This document shows, piece after piece, positions 32,548-42,401 of a stretch of 64,000 nucleotides of DNA. Where the stretch lies: positions 1,632,001 through 1,696,000 of the forward strand of contig OZ242041.1 of NCBI GenBank assembly GCA_965205215.1, written 5' to 3'. The notes below the pieces were generated by a model. That model saw nothing but the letters and a program-made list of their open reading frames with translations, ran no database searches and was not told the DNA's origin. This DNA comes from Nitrosopumilus sp. GTDB lineage: Archaea > Thermoproteota > Nitrososphaeria > Nitrososphaerales > Nitrosopumilaceae. How positions within the stretch are numbered: position 1 is the first letter of the stretch; every line of letters begins with the position of its first letter. Both the position numbers and the translations under genes were made by a program.

Positions 32548-33396
32548 ATGAGGCAGAGGAGGTTCAAGTCCCCCATATCATACAGGCTACGCGAGATCCC
32601 AGTAAGGCAGATCAAGGTGTGGAAGGACGCCCAGGCACGCGGCCTTGATCGCAAGGGGATAACCGAACTTGCAAGATCGATAAGGAACGAGGGGCTCCAG
32701 AACCCCCCCATGGTGCAAAAACAAGGCAGGGAGTACCTGCTCATGTCGGGCCAGCGCAGGTTGGCGGCCTTGAAGCGGCTGCGGGCAAAGAAGATCCCCG
32801 CCCTAGTACTGACCGCGTCCACAAGATACGACCTTGACGATGCAAGGGCGGCGTCAGTGGTAGAGAACCTGCACCGCAACAAGATGAACCCCCGGGACAT
32901 GACGCGTGCGTGCGTAGATATTGCGGGGTCGATGGGGAAGACAAAGGCCGCCCAGCTGCTCGGCATAGCACCCCAGACGCTCAGGAGTTTTCTCGGATTC
33001 GCTGCGGTGCCGGAAAAGCTCAAGGCATGCGTGCCGGAAAAGATCACGCGCAACGACGCGACCAGGCTGTACCAGGCAGTGCCGAACGTCTCAAAGGCCC
33101 TGAAGATAGTCGACAGGGTGGAGCCACTGGAACCCAGGCTTAGGGGAAGATACCTGCGCGCGCTCGCGGCAAGCCCGAGGTCCGCCCACAAGACGCTGCT
33201 TGAGCGTGCGAGGCGCGGGCTTTTGAGGCAAAAGATTACGGTCACGCTCAGCAAGACGAACGCCAAAAAGCTGCAAAAGATGGCCGCAAACGAGGACAGG
33301 GACGTCTCAAAAATGGCGGACGCCATCATCAGGAACCACCTAAACAGTCCAAAGGGTGGAAAGAGGCGAGCCGGCAGGCGCAAGCAGACGCATTGA
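32548..33396 (+). CDS. ParB/Spo0J-type protein (ParB N-terminal CTPase domain, central helical region, C-terminal RHH-like segment)
   Basis: LARSIRNEGLQNPP, GQRRLAA, ENLHR; C-terminal KITVTLS...VSKMADAII. Confidence 0.82.
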   Translation: MRQRRFKSPISYRLREIPVRQIKVWKDAQARGLDRKGITELARSIRNEGLQNPPMVQKQGREYLLMSGQRRLAALKRLRAKKIPALVLTASTRYDLDDARAASVVENLHRNKMNPRDMTRACVDIAGSMGKTKAAQLLGIAPQTLRSFLGFAAVPEKLKACVPEKITRNDATRLYQAVPNVSKALKIVDRVEPLEPRLRGRYLRALAASPRSAHKTLLERARRGLLRQKITVTLSKTNAKKLQKMAANEDRDVSKMADAIIRNHLNSPKGGKRRAGRRKQTH

Positions 33397-33447
33397 ACAT
33401 ACTGCCGCGCAATTACACGACATGTAGGATCGAGTCAGCCCTGCAGG

Positions 33448-33837
33448 TTATGATTCTGCCGGAATCAGAATGGCGTTGACAACCCCGGTCTGCCCAGGCT
33501 TTGAGAGTACGCGGCATTTGCCGTCCTCGGTTTCCAGTACGGCCCCCTTTGTTATGATTCCGCGCCTCTTGTAGTCGTTGTTGGTGGCGTTGTCGAGCAC
33601 CTTTACTATCTTTGATTTTTTGACTTTCGCCCCACCCGTCGCCAGATTGACAAAGTCGATTGATTTCAGCGCCGTCTTGCGGTTGCGCCCCCTGACGTGG
33701 CGCGTTATCGTCTCCTGGGCCCCGTTGACCGCCTCGTTCGGGTACCTGTCAGTCTCGTACTTGCGGCGTATGCGCAAAGGGTGCCTCCTTCCGCCGGTGG
33801 TCTTACTGGTTGCCAGATTCTCTACTGACTTTCGCAT
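33448..33837 (-). CDS. rps8e: 30S ribosomal protein S8e
   Basis: KTTGGR, IITKGAV, SKPGQTGVVNA. Confidence 0.95.
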   Translation of the reverse strand: MRKSVENLATSKTTGGRRHPLRIRRKYETDRYPNEAVNGAQETITRHVRGRNRKTALKSIDFVNLATGGAKVKKSKIVKVLDNATNNDYKRRGIITKGAVLETEDGKCRVLSKPGQTGVVNAILIPAES

Positions 33838-34007
33838 GGCATGCGGATGGACCGCTCTAATTTATACAAACCGAGTGAGCCTCCGGGCATCCGGGCGTGG
33901 GTGGGGGGGGGATCCGGCAGGGCCGCCCCAGTCACGCAGGGGCGCCAGACGGGGCGCGGCGCGGGGCGACTAACACGCTCAGGGCAGGCAGGTGAGGCAG
34001 GCACGGG

Positions 34008-34526
34008 CTAGGCCCCGGCGGTCTTTCTCCTCTTTGAAAAGAGCCGCTCCTTTAGATCCTCGGCGTCCCCTTTGATCCCAAAGTATTTCTGGAACTTTTC
34101 CGTTGTGGAGTAGATTTTGATGCGGCCCGCGCTCTCATACCTGATGTAGTCAAGCTGTACCAGTTCCTTCAGATGCGAGTAAACCCCCGTCCCACGCGTC
34201 TCGACCAGCTGCCTAGAGGCTATTGGTTGCGCCCACGCGATGTATGAGAGGGTCTTGAGGGTGGCCTTGGGAAGTATCGGCTTTGACGCGTAGCGCTTTA
34301 TGGTGGAGCTGTACTCGGGCTTTAGCTGCATCACGTACGAGCCGTCAGGCAGCTGTACCACCTCGATTGCCTTGAACACAGAGCACGTCTTTTTCACGAT
34401 GTTGTTGATTATGGACTGGGTCTTGATGCGCGATTCGGTCCCTGACGCGCGCAAAAGAGCGTCCTCACTGAGTGGCCTGCCGGCAGAATACAGGGCGGCC
34501 TCCACCCGCGCGGTCGCCTCGTTCAT
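34008..34526 (-). CDS. scpB: Segregation/condensation protein ScpB
   Basis: VEAALYSAGRPL, LKTLSYIAWAQPI, RG, YSTTEKF.KYFG. Confidence 0.92.
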   Translation of the reverse strand: MNEATARVEAALYSAGRPLSEDALLRASGTESRIKTQSIINNIVKKTCSVFKAIEVVQLPDGSYVMQLKPEYSSTIKRYASKPILPKATLKTLSYIAWAQPIASRQLVETRGTGVYSHLKELVQLDYIRYESAGRIKIYSTTEKFQKYFGIKGDAEDLKERLFSKRRKTAGA

Positions 34527-34686
34527 GTCGGTTACCTTTGCCGTTGCGCGCTCACCCCTACATTGCACCACAGTGTGACATACGTCCCCGGCAGTAACGG
34601 TGCGCGGCCGCTGCGGCCACAACGGTAGCGGCAGCGTTGGCGCCCATCCCGGGCCCCAGATTCGTGCACGACGCCAATGCCCACAC

Positions 34687-35580
34687 TCACGCCCCACCGC
34701 CGCCGCCGCCATTCTCAGCGGCACTGCCACTACCGGCGCCATTATCATCATCTTCAGCACCATCATTCGCATCAGCAACGGCGATGACACTGCCGTCCGA
34801 GTCGGCGCCTCCGTCTGACATGCCCTCCGTGTGCGGTATCGCCGTTATGCGTATGTCATCCCCGGCCTGCTCGAGGTCGACCATCCGGTCCCGGGCAAGG
34901 AACAGGGCCGCAAAAAAGCACTTTATCGAGTCAATGGCGTTAAGGTTTGCAGTTATGTCCTGCAGTATGCCCCGCCCCGTCTCGGCAATCTTTGCCATTA
35001 TCATGTCACGGTACGCGTCTATCTCGCTCTCAAGGGACAGCATATAGTTCTCAAAGGCCGGCGGTTCTGCAGGCTCCAGCATGCTCCTCCGCCGGGGGCG
35101 GGAGCGCGGGTTCGCCATCGTTCCTATCAGATTCTGGAGCATTGCAAGCAGGTCGTCGAGTGACACGGGATAGGTCGACTCGTGCCGGTATGGGATTCCA
35201 ATCATCTCTATGTCCGGCGGATCCCTCCTCACCGGCGCGGTCCCGCGCTCCATGGCGGCCTTGTGAAGGGCCGAGATGCTCTCCACCTTCATCCGGTATA
35301 TGAGCGACGAGGAGAGCGCCGCCATTCCGGCAACCCTCAGGTCCTTTTTGTCCGACTTTTCCAGTATGCGGACCAGCATGTCGAGTATCTGAATCAGGTC
35401 GATCTCCCACACGTCGCGCTTTGCCACCGACGAGTGGGATGCAAACAGGACGTTGATCGGCTCCTGCGATATGCTCTCGGGGGCGCCTGCCGCAGCAGGG
35501 GCGTCATCGGCAGCGGCTCCGCCGTCCGACGCATCATCGTATGCAGCGTTGCTCCCCCCGCCGTCTGCATGTGCGGCCAT
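34687..35580 (-). CDS. scpA: Segregation/condensation protein ScpA (kleisin)
   Basis: DVWEIDL, DLRVAG.A, F.A.LFLA...VDLEQ; adjacent to scpB. Confidence 0.88.
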   Translation of the reverse strand: MAAHADGGGSNAAYDDASDGGAAADDAPAAAGAPESISQEPINVLFASHSSVAKRDVWEIDLIQILDMLVRILEKSDKKDLRVAGMAALSSSLIYRMKVESISALHKAAMERGTAPVRRDPPDIEMIGIPYRHESTYPVSLDDLLAMLQNLIGTMANPRSRPRRRSMLEPAEPPAFENYMLSLESEIDAYRDMIMAKIAETGRGILQDITANLNAIDSIKCFFAALFLARDRMVDLEQAGDDIRITAIPHTEGMSDGGADSDGSVIAVADANDGAEDDDNGAGSGSAAENGGGGGGA

Positions 35581-35674
35581 GCGCAGTATGGCAGTCCCAT
35601 GCAGAAATAGATATCTGTTTATTTTTCTTTAGTTTTCAGTCAACTCTTATATTGTAACCCTAGGGAGGCAGTCC

Positions 35675-36727
35675 ATGAACTCGGCCAAGATAGTGGGCCC
35701 CGGCAAACCCCTAGAAGCAGTCAGTACCGAGACGCCGCGCCCGTCAGGCGAGCAGGTGCTGGTAAAGGTCGACGCCGTCGGCGTCTGCCACAGCGATCTC
35801 CACCTGTGGGAGGGCGGATACGACCTTGGCGATGGCAAGTTCATGAAGGTTACCGACAGGGGCGTAAAGTATCCCGTAACCCCCGGACACGAGATAGCCG
35901 GCACCGTCGAGGAGGTGGGAGACGGAGCATCCGGTTTCTCAAAGGGCGACAGGGTCTTGGTATACCCCTGGATAGGGTGCACCGAATGTCCCGCATGCGC
36001 GGCGGGAAACGAGAACCTCTGCGACACCCCGAGGTCGATGGGCATATTCCAGGACGGGGGGTACGCGGACTATGTAATGATACCAAGCCACAGATATTTG
36101 GCAAGGCTGGACGGCGTCGGAGCCGATACGGCCACGTCGCTTGCGTGCTCGGGCCTCACGGCATACACGGCGATAAAAAAGGCAAACGCCAACTCCCCCG
36201 AATACATGGTGATCATAGGGGCAGGCGGGCTCGGGTTGATGGGCATACAGGTGGCAAAGGCGATTACAAAAGCAAAGGTAATCTGCGTTGATCTGGACGA
36301 TGAAAAGCTGAGGACGGCGTCGGAGATGGGCGCGGACTACACCGTAAACTCAAAGGAGCCGGGTGCGGATAAGGCGATAATGTCGATATGCAACCAAAAG
36401 GGGGCCGACAGCGTGGTGGACTTTGTAAACGCCCCGCCCACCGCAAGGCTCGGGCTCGACATATTGCGCAAGAGGGGCAACATGGTAATGGTAGGGCTCT
36501 TCGGGGGCTCGATTGAGATGTCACTCGTTACGATACCGCTAAAGTCAATAGTCATACAGGGGGCATACACGGGCAACTACACCGACATGACGGAGCTGAT
36601 AAAGCTCGCAAAGGACGGCGTCATCAACCCCATCATATCAAAAAAGTATACGCTCGCCGAGGCAAACGACGCGCTTACCGCGTTAAAGGAGCGCAAGATA
36701 ATCGGCAGGGCGGTCATAAACCCCTAG
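35675..36727 (+). CDS. Zinc-dependent alcohol dehydrogenase
   Basis: GVCHSD, GHE, C..C..C..C, GAGGLG. Confidence 0.93.
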   Translation: MNSAKIVGPGKPLEAVSTETPRPSGEQVLVKVDAVGVCHSDLHLWEGGYDLGDGKFMKVTDRGVKYPVTPGHEIAGTVEEVGDGASGFSKGDRVLVYPWIGCTECPACAAGNENLCDTPRSMGIFQDGGYADYVMIPSHRYLARLDGVGADTATSLACSGLTAYTAIKKANANSPEYMVIIGAGGLGLMGIQVAKAITKAKVICVDLDDEKLRTASEMGADYTVNSKEPGADKAIMSICNQKGADSVVDFVNAPPTARLGLDILRKRGNMVMVGLFGGSIEMSLVTIPLKSIVIQGAYTGNYTDMTELIKLAKDGVINPIISKKYTLAEANDALTALKERKIIGRAVINP

Positions 36728-36840
36728 GCGTGCAGGGTACTGTTTGCGCGGCGCGCAGAGTCGCAGGCGCCGCTGCTGCTGCCCCTGCCGCCGCTTGGCG
36801 GCCGCAGGCCGGAGACCGCCGCGGGTACGACTACCGGCAA

Positions 36841-37461
36841 TCAGCAGTCGCGCACCCAGCCGGGCTCAAGAAAATGCGCGCGGTCCGCCTCCTCCCCGAT
36901 CCCGGTCGCGAATCGCCAGACCGCAGGCAGGTCGGATGCAACGCTACGCTCTATCTTCAACAGGGCCTGCTCCTCGGACTCGAGGTTGCCGTCTGCCGAC
37001 GGGCCGCATTCCCTGCAGTACCTGCACTTTGGATCCAGCACCGATGGGTTGCGTCCGCTCAGCGGATATGCAGAGCAAGCAAGTGGCCTCTGCCCGTATA
37101 CGCGGCACGGGTGACCCCCGTGCGGCGACTTTGAGACTCCAGACGTATCAAGAAACGGGCACGTGTCGCCGTTGGCGTCCCTGCCCATCATCTGGTATGC
37201 GACTATCCGGGACGGCCCCGCGCCTCCCGTCTCCGAGACCCCGACTCTCGGAAGTATGTGCACCCGTACCCCCTGGTCAGAGGCCAGCTTTGCAATCCTG
37301 TCGCGCTCCTCAGGGAGTATCAGGACGCCCACCTTGCCGAACCTCTTGTCAGGATAGTACTCGCGGTAGGTGCAGCAGTCAGAGCACTCAGGGATGCAGT
37401 GAAAGTCGGCCACGGGGGAGCTGTCCCCTCCAGATAAAAATCTCTTTTGCATTGGCGGCAA
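36841..37461 (-). CDS. YkgJ-family zinc/iron-chelating (Fe-S) protein
   Basis: C...CSDCC, CPFL, C.VY..RP.AC..YP. Confidence 0.85.
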   Translation of the reverse strand: MPPMQKRFLSGGDSSPVADFHCIPECSDCCTYREYYPDKRFGKVGVLILPEERDRIAKLASDQGVRVHILPRVGVSETGGAGPSRIVAYQMMGRDANGDTCPFLDTSGVSKSPHGGHPCRVYGQRPLACSAYPLSGRNPSVLDPKCRYCRECGPSADGNLESEEQALLKIERSVASDLPAVWRFATGIGEEADRAHFLEPGWVRDC

Positions 37462-37592
37462 CCGCGCATGCCGCCGCCATCCACGCGGCGGCGCGTCACG
37501 CTCCGGTACATCCTCAGACCGGTCCCGGGTTAGCGCCCGGGTGCCACGGGTCCTGAGGCCGGGCAGCTACTCAATCAGCCCAAGCACGCACT

Positions 37593-37736
37593 CATGGTTT
37601 AACGGCAGACGTATTAGGCGCCCCACGCAGCGCGGTTCATGGAAGGTGAGCAGGCGCTCTCCTTTGTGCTGTGGTCGACAATCACTGGAACGGTGCTGGT
37701 CGTATCCGCGCTGTGCTACAAGGCGTATGCCGGACG
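37593..37736. repeat. About 143-bp dispersed repeat, copy 2; contains the micro-ORF in frame with aIF1A
   Basis: Reverse complement of 23494-23638 with few substitutions. Confidence 0.9.
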
Positions 37737-37785
37737 GCGCGCTCCAAAAGTCATGAGTTATATGCAGAGCGAGGACGTACATGCC

Positions 37786-38097
37786 ATGGGCAAGCGTCAG
37801 GTAAAGAGCGAGAGCGCGCTAAAGGAGATACGTCTTCCAGAAGAGGGCGAGATGTTCGGCAGGGTACTCAAGATACTCGGAGGCGAGAACGTGCTTGTAA
37901 AGTGCACCGACAACATCACGCGCAGGGGGCGCATCAGGGGCAAGCTCAAGCGCAGGGTCTGGATAAGGGACAACGACATTGTGATTATAGCTCCCTGGGA
38001 CTTTAACGAGGCCGAAAAGGGGGACATCGTGTGGCGGTTCACACTGCCGCAAGTCGAGTGGCTAAAGGCCAACGACCACATACCAAAGGACTTTTGA
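37786..38097 (+). CDS. eif1a: Translation initiation factor aIF-1A
   Basis: GRVLKILG, RIRGKLKRRVWI, PWDF...KGDI.WR. Confidence 0.95.
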   Translation: MGKRQVKSESALKEIRLPEEGEMFGRVLKILGGENVLVKCTDNITRRGRIRGKLKRRVWIRDNDIVIIAPWDFNEAEKGDIVWRFTLPQVEWLKANDHIPKDF

Positions 38098-38243
38098 CCA
38101 TACGCGGCCGCGTAGTGCGGCACGCCTCCGCGCCGATCGCTGACGCCACCGCAGAGCAGGCAGACGCCCAAGAGGTACAGCAGGCCACGTTCTGCCTGCA
38201 CAAATAACGTAGTTAATATAGAGAGCGCCACACGCAAAATCAA

Positions 38244-38432
38244 ATGGAGCAAGGCACCGTAAAGTGGTTTAACCGCGTAAAGGGCTACGGCTTTATCGAG
38301 CGTGAATCAGGGGATGATCTGTTTGTTCACAAGACGGACGTTGACGGATTTATCAACGAAGGCGACAAGGTAGAGTTCGAAGTTGGCGAGGGTAAAAAGG
38401 GCCCCGCCGCTCAAAAAGTCAAAAAATTCTAG
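38244..38432 (+). CDS. csp: Cold-shock protein
   Basis: GTVKWFN..KGYGFI, LFVH, GKKGPAA. Confidence 0.95.
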   Translation: MEQGTVKWFNRVKGYGFIERESGDDLFVHKTDVDGFINEGDKVEFEVGEGKKGPAAQKVKKF

Positions 38433-38557
38433 GCACGACAGCGTCTGTTTTTTGCACATCATCCATTTTTGTTCATTTCATGCACACCACGCCAGTCACT
38501 GCGCCCCAAGTGCCACCACCAGGAGGCGGCGACGGTGGACAGCAGGTTGTTTTGTAG

Positions 38558-38678
38558 TCCCAAGCGAAGGAGTTGAACCTTCGACGGCCCGGTTTCTGTA
38601 TGCCTGATATGCTGTTATTCGGTCAGCCATAAGCCGACAACTACAGCCGGAAGCTCTACCAGGCTGAGCTAGCTTGGG
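38558..38678 (-). tRNA. tRNA-Tyr(GTA) with about 47-nt intron at position 37/38
   Basis: Acceptor CCCAAGC/GCTTGGG-A (C1-G72), D-arm, CTGTAG anticodon loop, intron, T-loop GGTTCAACTCC. Confidence 0.92.
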
Positions 38679-38837
38679 ACAAATGTGCTGGGAAACAGCC
38701 ATTAAAAAACCATCCCTGATCGGCACTGGTTCACGCACAGCCAAGGCCGGGGACGGGTTTTGTGCGGGGCAAAATTTCCGCGGGTAGGCGCCCGGCCGCG
38801 ATCAAAAGCATAAATATTATCGCACAATCACAGATGC

Positions 38838-39443
38838 GTGTCAGAGCTCGAGCTGATCCGCCCAGGATACGTATGCGCGCCGTACATGCACACCCACGAG
38901 TCCATAGAATTAAAGGAGTCATGGAAGGACTCTGAAAACATAGAGAGCATGTTCTTTGTCACGGGCACGTTCTCTGCAGACAGCAAGCCATACTTTACCG
39001 ACACTGCAAACCACTACCTGCTTGCAAAATTCAAGAACGGTCAGGAGATAGAAAAGGACATCGAGAGCATGCACAGCGATCCGAAGAGGACGTTCGTATT
39101 CGACATAAGGGACGATCTCTTCGAGCGCGAAGTCGAGGGCGAGACCAACTTTGTCTCCATATACTATTGGGAGTACAAGGATGATGCCAGCGAGATAGCG
39201 TCGTTGTTGCTGCGCCGGGAGAAGATTGCAAGGGCGGGCATCGGTAGTATGAAGACGTTCAGCCCGCAGCCGCCGAGGTTCGACTTCCCGTACTCGAACA
39301 ACATAGTGGTGATAGAGGTTGCAAGCGAGAAGAGCTATCAGAGCGTCAACAAGTACTGCGACCAGACGCGGCGCGAGATCAACAGGCGCGGATTCAGCAT
39401 AACCAACATGATGAGCCTGTCCATACTGGACCGCCTAAAGTAG
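38838..39443 (+). CDS. Conserved-type hypothetical protein
   Basis: Coding-like 201-aa ORF with upstream TATA-like sequence. Confidence 0.75.
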   Translation: MSELELIRPGYVCAPYMHTHESIELKESWKDSENIESMFFVTGTFSADSKPYFTDTANHYLLAKFKNGQEIEKDIESMHSDPKRTFVFDIRDDLFEREVEGETNFVSIYYWEYKDDASEIASLLLRREKIARAGIGSMKTFSPQPPRFDFPYSNNIVVIEVASEKSYQSVNKYCDQTRREINRRGFSITNMMSLSILDRLK

Positions 39444-39516
39444 GCACTGGGGATGCCGCGAAATCAGGCACAATTGCAAACAAGGGTTAAAATATTCGGG
39501 ACGGTCGGTTTTTTGC

Positions 39517-39930
39517 ATGAGCAAGCCGTCAGATCTTGGATCACTCAAGATTGGCTCGTACATACTTTTGCCGCACTCCGACCAGCCGAGCGGGGAACCC
39601 TGCCGTATAGTGGAGTACGACACCTCAAAGCCCGGAAAGCACGGGGCAGCAAAGGCCAGAATCGTAGGCGAGGGAATATTCGACGGCCAGAAGAGGCCTC
39701 ACGTCGGCCCCGTCAGCATGCAGATCCACGTGCCCATGATAAACAAAAAGCTGGGGCAGATCATATCCATCATAGGCGACACCGTGCAGGTCATGGACAA
39801 CGAGACGTTTGAGACCCTCGACGTCACGATGATCGACGACGAGGTAGCGGGCAAGCTGGAGAACGGGCAGAACGTGGAATACTGGGTCGTGATGGACAAG
39901 ACCAAGATCATGCGCATAAAGTCGTCATGA
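39517..39930 (+). CDS. eif5a: Translation factor aIF-5A
   Basis: SKPGKHGAAKA hypusine motif. Confidence 0.97.
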   Translation: MSKPSDLGSLKIGSYILLPHSDQPSGEPCRIVEYDTSKPGKHGAAKARIVGEGIFDGQKRPHVGPVSMQIHVPMINKKLGQIISIIGDTVQVMDNETFETLDVTMIDDEVAGKLENGQNVEYWVVMDKTKIMRIKSS

Positions 39931-40011
39931 CCCGGCGACAGAGCATGCGCCAGCACGTCACGTACGGAACACCACAAGAATGATTTTATTTGGAAGCGCC
40001 GTACGGGTCCC

Positions 40012-40416
40012 ATGGCAGGCGGAAGATTTGCAACGTCCATCAGCTGCATGGACGGCCGGATACAGACGGTCCTAAACGACTGGATAAGGGAGAACTACGG
40101 GGTGGACTACGTGGACACCATAACCGCGCCCGGAGTGGACGGCAGGGTGGCCCGCAACGACGACCTCGAAAAGATAATACAGATGGCGCGCATCTCAGTC
40201 GAGAAGCACGGATCGAGGCTCATAGTAGTGTCCGGACACCACGACTGCGCCGGAAACCCGGTCTCAGAGGAGGAGCACAAGGACCACATCAGATCAGCGG
40301 TAAGCGTCATAGGAGCGTGGGAAGAGGAGCACGGCCTGGCGGGGGGCGCAGGCGGCCGCATAGAGGTGGCCGGCGTCTGGGTAGGAGAAACATGGTCGGC
40401 CCAGAGGATCTCATGA
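40012..40416 (+). CDS. Putative minimal beta-class-like carbonic anhydrase
   Basis: Zinc ligands CMDGR and GHHDCAGN. Confidence 0.75.
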   Translation: MAGGRFATSISCMDGRIQTVLNDWIRENYGVDYVDTITAPGVDGRVARNDDLEKIIQMARISVEKHGSRLIVVSGHHDCAGNPVSEEEHKDHIRSAVSVIGAWEEEHGLAGGAGGRIEVAGVWVGETWSAQRIS

Positions 40417-40802
40417 TGGACAGCGTGGATAAAAAGATAATCGGAGGAATCGCAATCACCGCCGCAATAGCGGCCTCGCTTTACGCGTTTGTGTCGATCT
40501 CAGAGGGCGGCCAGGGCAGATCCTTGGACAAAGAGGCCATAGAGAAGTGCAGAGGCCTGGTGAGGGAGGGCGCCGACATACTCGTCCAGATAGCCCGCGA
40601 CAGACTTGACGCGGCCGATCCAGCGGATGCGGGGCGCCTGGCAGAGTTCGAGGCGCGGATATCCGCAATAGAAGAGGAGATGACAAGGTATGACTGCCAC
40701 TCGACGCAGCAGGAATGGGCGTACGGCTCGTTCAGGCAGGAGATGTCCGAGTACGAGTCGTACATTGCAGACCTCGTGCGCCAGAACAACGCCGAACAGT
40801 GA
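40413..40802 (+). CDS. Membrane-anchored hypothetical protein
   Basis: ATGA overlap with the preceding gene; N-terminal TM helix. Confidence 0.7.
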   Translation: MMDSVDKKIIGGIAITAAIAASLYAFVSISEGGQGRSLDKEAIEKCRGLVREGADILVQIARDRLDAADPADAGRLAEFEARISAIEEEMTRYDCHSTQQEWAYGSFRQEMSEYESYIADLVRQNNAEQ

Positions 40803-41650
40803 CGCGGGCGCGACAAACCCGCCCGTGCACCATGTCGCGCGGGCAGGGCCTGCGTTAGACCCAATCCGCACAGCATAACCGTCTGCAAATCCGGGATCGG
40901 GCCGGCGAGGCGCCCCCTGCTCCGCCCTGCCGCATACCACGAACTCGTCGTCGAGCAGTGCTTGAGCGTTCGAGTGGGCGTTTTTCCCACACGGCCATCA
41001 GAGGGTTTGGATTCTCGGCTTGTTGTGGGGCCGGCGTGTACACGTATTGCAATACAAGCACAGAAGGGCGCGGCGGCGACGACCACAATTGCAGCGGCGG
41101 TTTTGCCGTCTATCGCTCAGTGCATGGAGCCGGTTGTTGCAAACGTCAGCCAGCAGTGAGGCGACCGGAGCCCAGATCCCCAGGCACGTCTGCAGATCGT
41201 CCTTTACGGCGAGGCACTACTTTGTCAGCTCGAACTCTGCCGTGACGGTGGCCCCGACCTTCCACGTGTCCGCGTACCTCCACGAATCAGCGCTGTACAG
41301 ATTGCCATAAAACACCCTCCGCTGCTCGATCGGCTATGTTACGCTCTCAATGCTTTGGGCGCCCCCCGATCCCGAGTCCGGCCATTCCGGCAACCACCCG
41401 GCCTTGTATGTTTTTGACACAAAAGTTGCACGCCCAGACAAGACGGCCGTGCCAGGCGCAGACGCCGGCGGCACGGCCTGCGGGGCAGGGCCGCCGTCCG
41501 GACTGCCACGGGAAAAAGATTCAGGGCGCAACGCGCGCCTTCAACTTTCAGGATGTTGATATAAAACAGCCCCATATGAATAACAATTAATTAAAAATTA
41601 ACTATTGCATAATACAAAAACCAGAACGCGGCAAGTATATTTTTAAGGCC

Positions 41651-41992
41651 ATGCGCATGCCAAAGGCCATGTCAACTATGGCAGCAACGGCCGACGTGTG
41701 CGAGTGCGGACACAGCGAAGCTCATCACCACGCCGGTTCGATGGCCGACGGCGCGTGCACGCACGGCTCTAGCAGTGACAACTGCGGGCAAGCCACCACA
41801 AGCGAGTGTGAGTGCTCTACCTTTACCAAGGGCGACAGCACTGACGACTGTGGTGACTGTGGACATACCGAGTCGCACCACCACGAGTCAGCGGCATACG
41901 AAACAGGAGCGTGCACGCACGGCTCCGCTGATGACGTATGCGGGGCGTACAGTGCGCCTGCATGCGACTGCAACGAATACAAGGCTTCCTAA
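41651..41992 (+). CDS. Cys/His-rich metal-binding protein with two tandem CxCGH...HHH...CTHG...C...CxC domains (start possibly 41669)
   Basis: 12 Cys and 10 His; internal duplication; TATA TTTTTAA upstream and T-tract downstream. Confidence 0.8.
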   Translation: MRMPKAMSTMAATADVCECGHSEAHHHAGSMADGACTHGSSSDNCGQATTSECECSTFTKGDSTDDCGDCGHTESHHHESAAYETGACTHGSADDVCGAYSAPACDCNEYKAS

Positions 41993-41995
41993 ACC

Positions 41996-42022
41996 TTTTC
42001 TTCGACCTTTCTTTTTTTTATT
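41996..42022 (+). terminator. Oligo-T archaeal terminator
   Basis: TTTTC..TTTCTTTTTTT immediately after the stop codon. Confidence 0.6.
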
Positions 42023-42188
42023 AGGCTGCGGAATACCTGGGGCTCATAGCTAAGGTCAAAGGCTCTCGAATATTGGCACGGCCCATGTCATGGTACACGC
42101 ACATGTCAAGATCGAGCTTCGATGTATGAAAGTATGCGGACACAATCCTTCTCATATCGGTAAACGCGGGACAGTATTCTGACACCAA

Positions 42189-42401
42189 CAGGAGGTGCGC
42201 AATACGTTTGCAAGATTCGAAGAGCTCCCTGGCCTTGAGAGCATGGCGGCAGACAAAGATTACGTACCGGAGCAGAAACAAGATATGAGCCACATGACAC
42301 ACAGGGCGGCGCCAAAGCAAACGGGCCCAGTGCTAGGGGTGCTACGCACCATACAGAGCGCCGGCAATATGACAGGCCTGATGTACGCACTCAGCAGCTA
42401 G
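42189..42401 (+). pseudogene. Degraded second copy of the integrase C-terminal end
   Basis: Co-linear with 44531-44752 (FARFEELPGLE...QSAGNMTGL versus FARSEEFLGLE...QGAGNMTGL). Confidence 0.7.

Noticed and set aside
40810-41560. Possible degraded gene at the left edge of the island
   Set aside because: No frame gives a recognisable protein.
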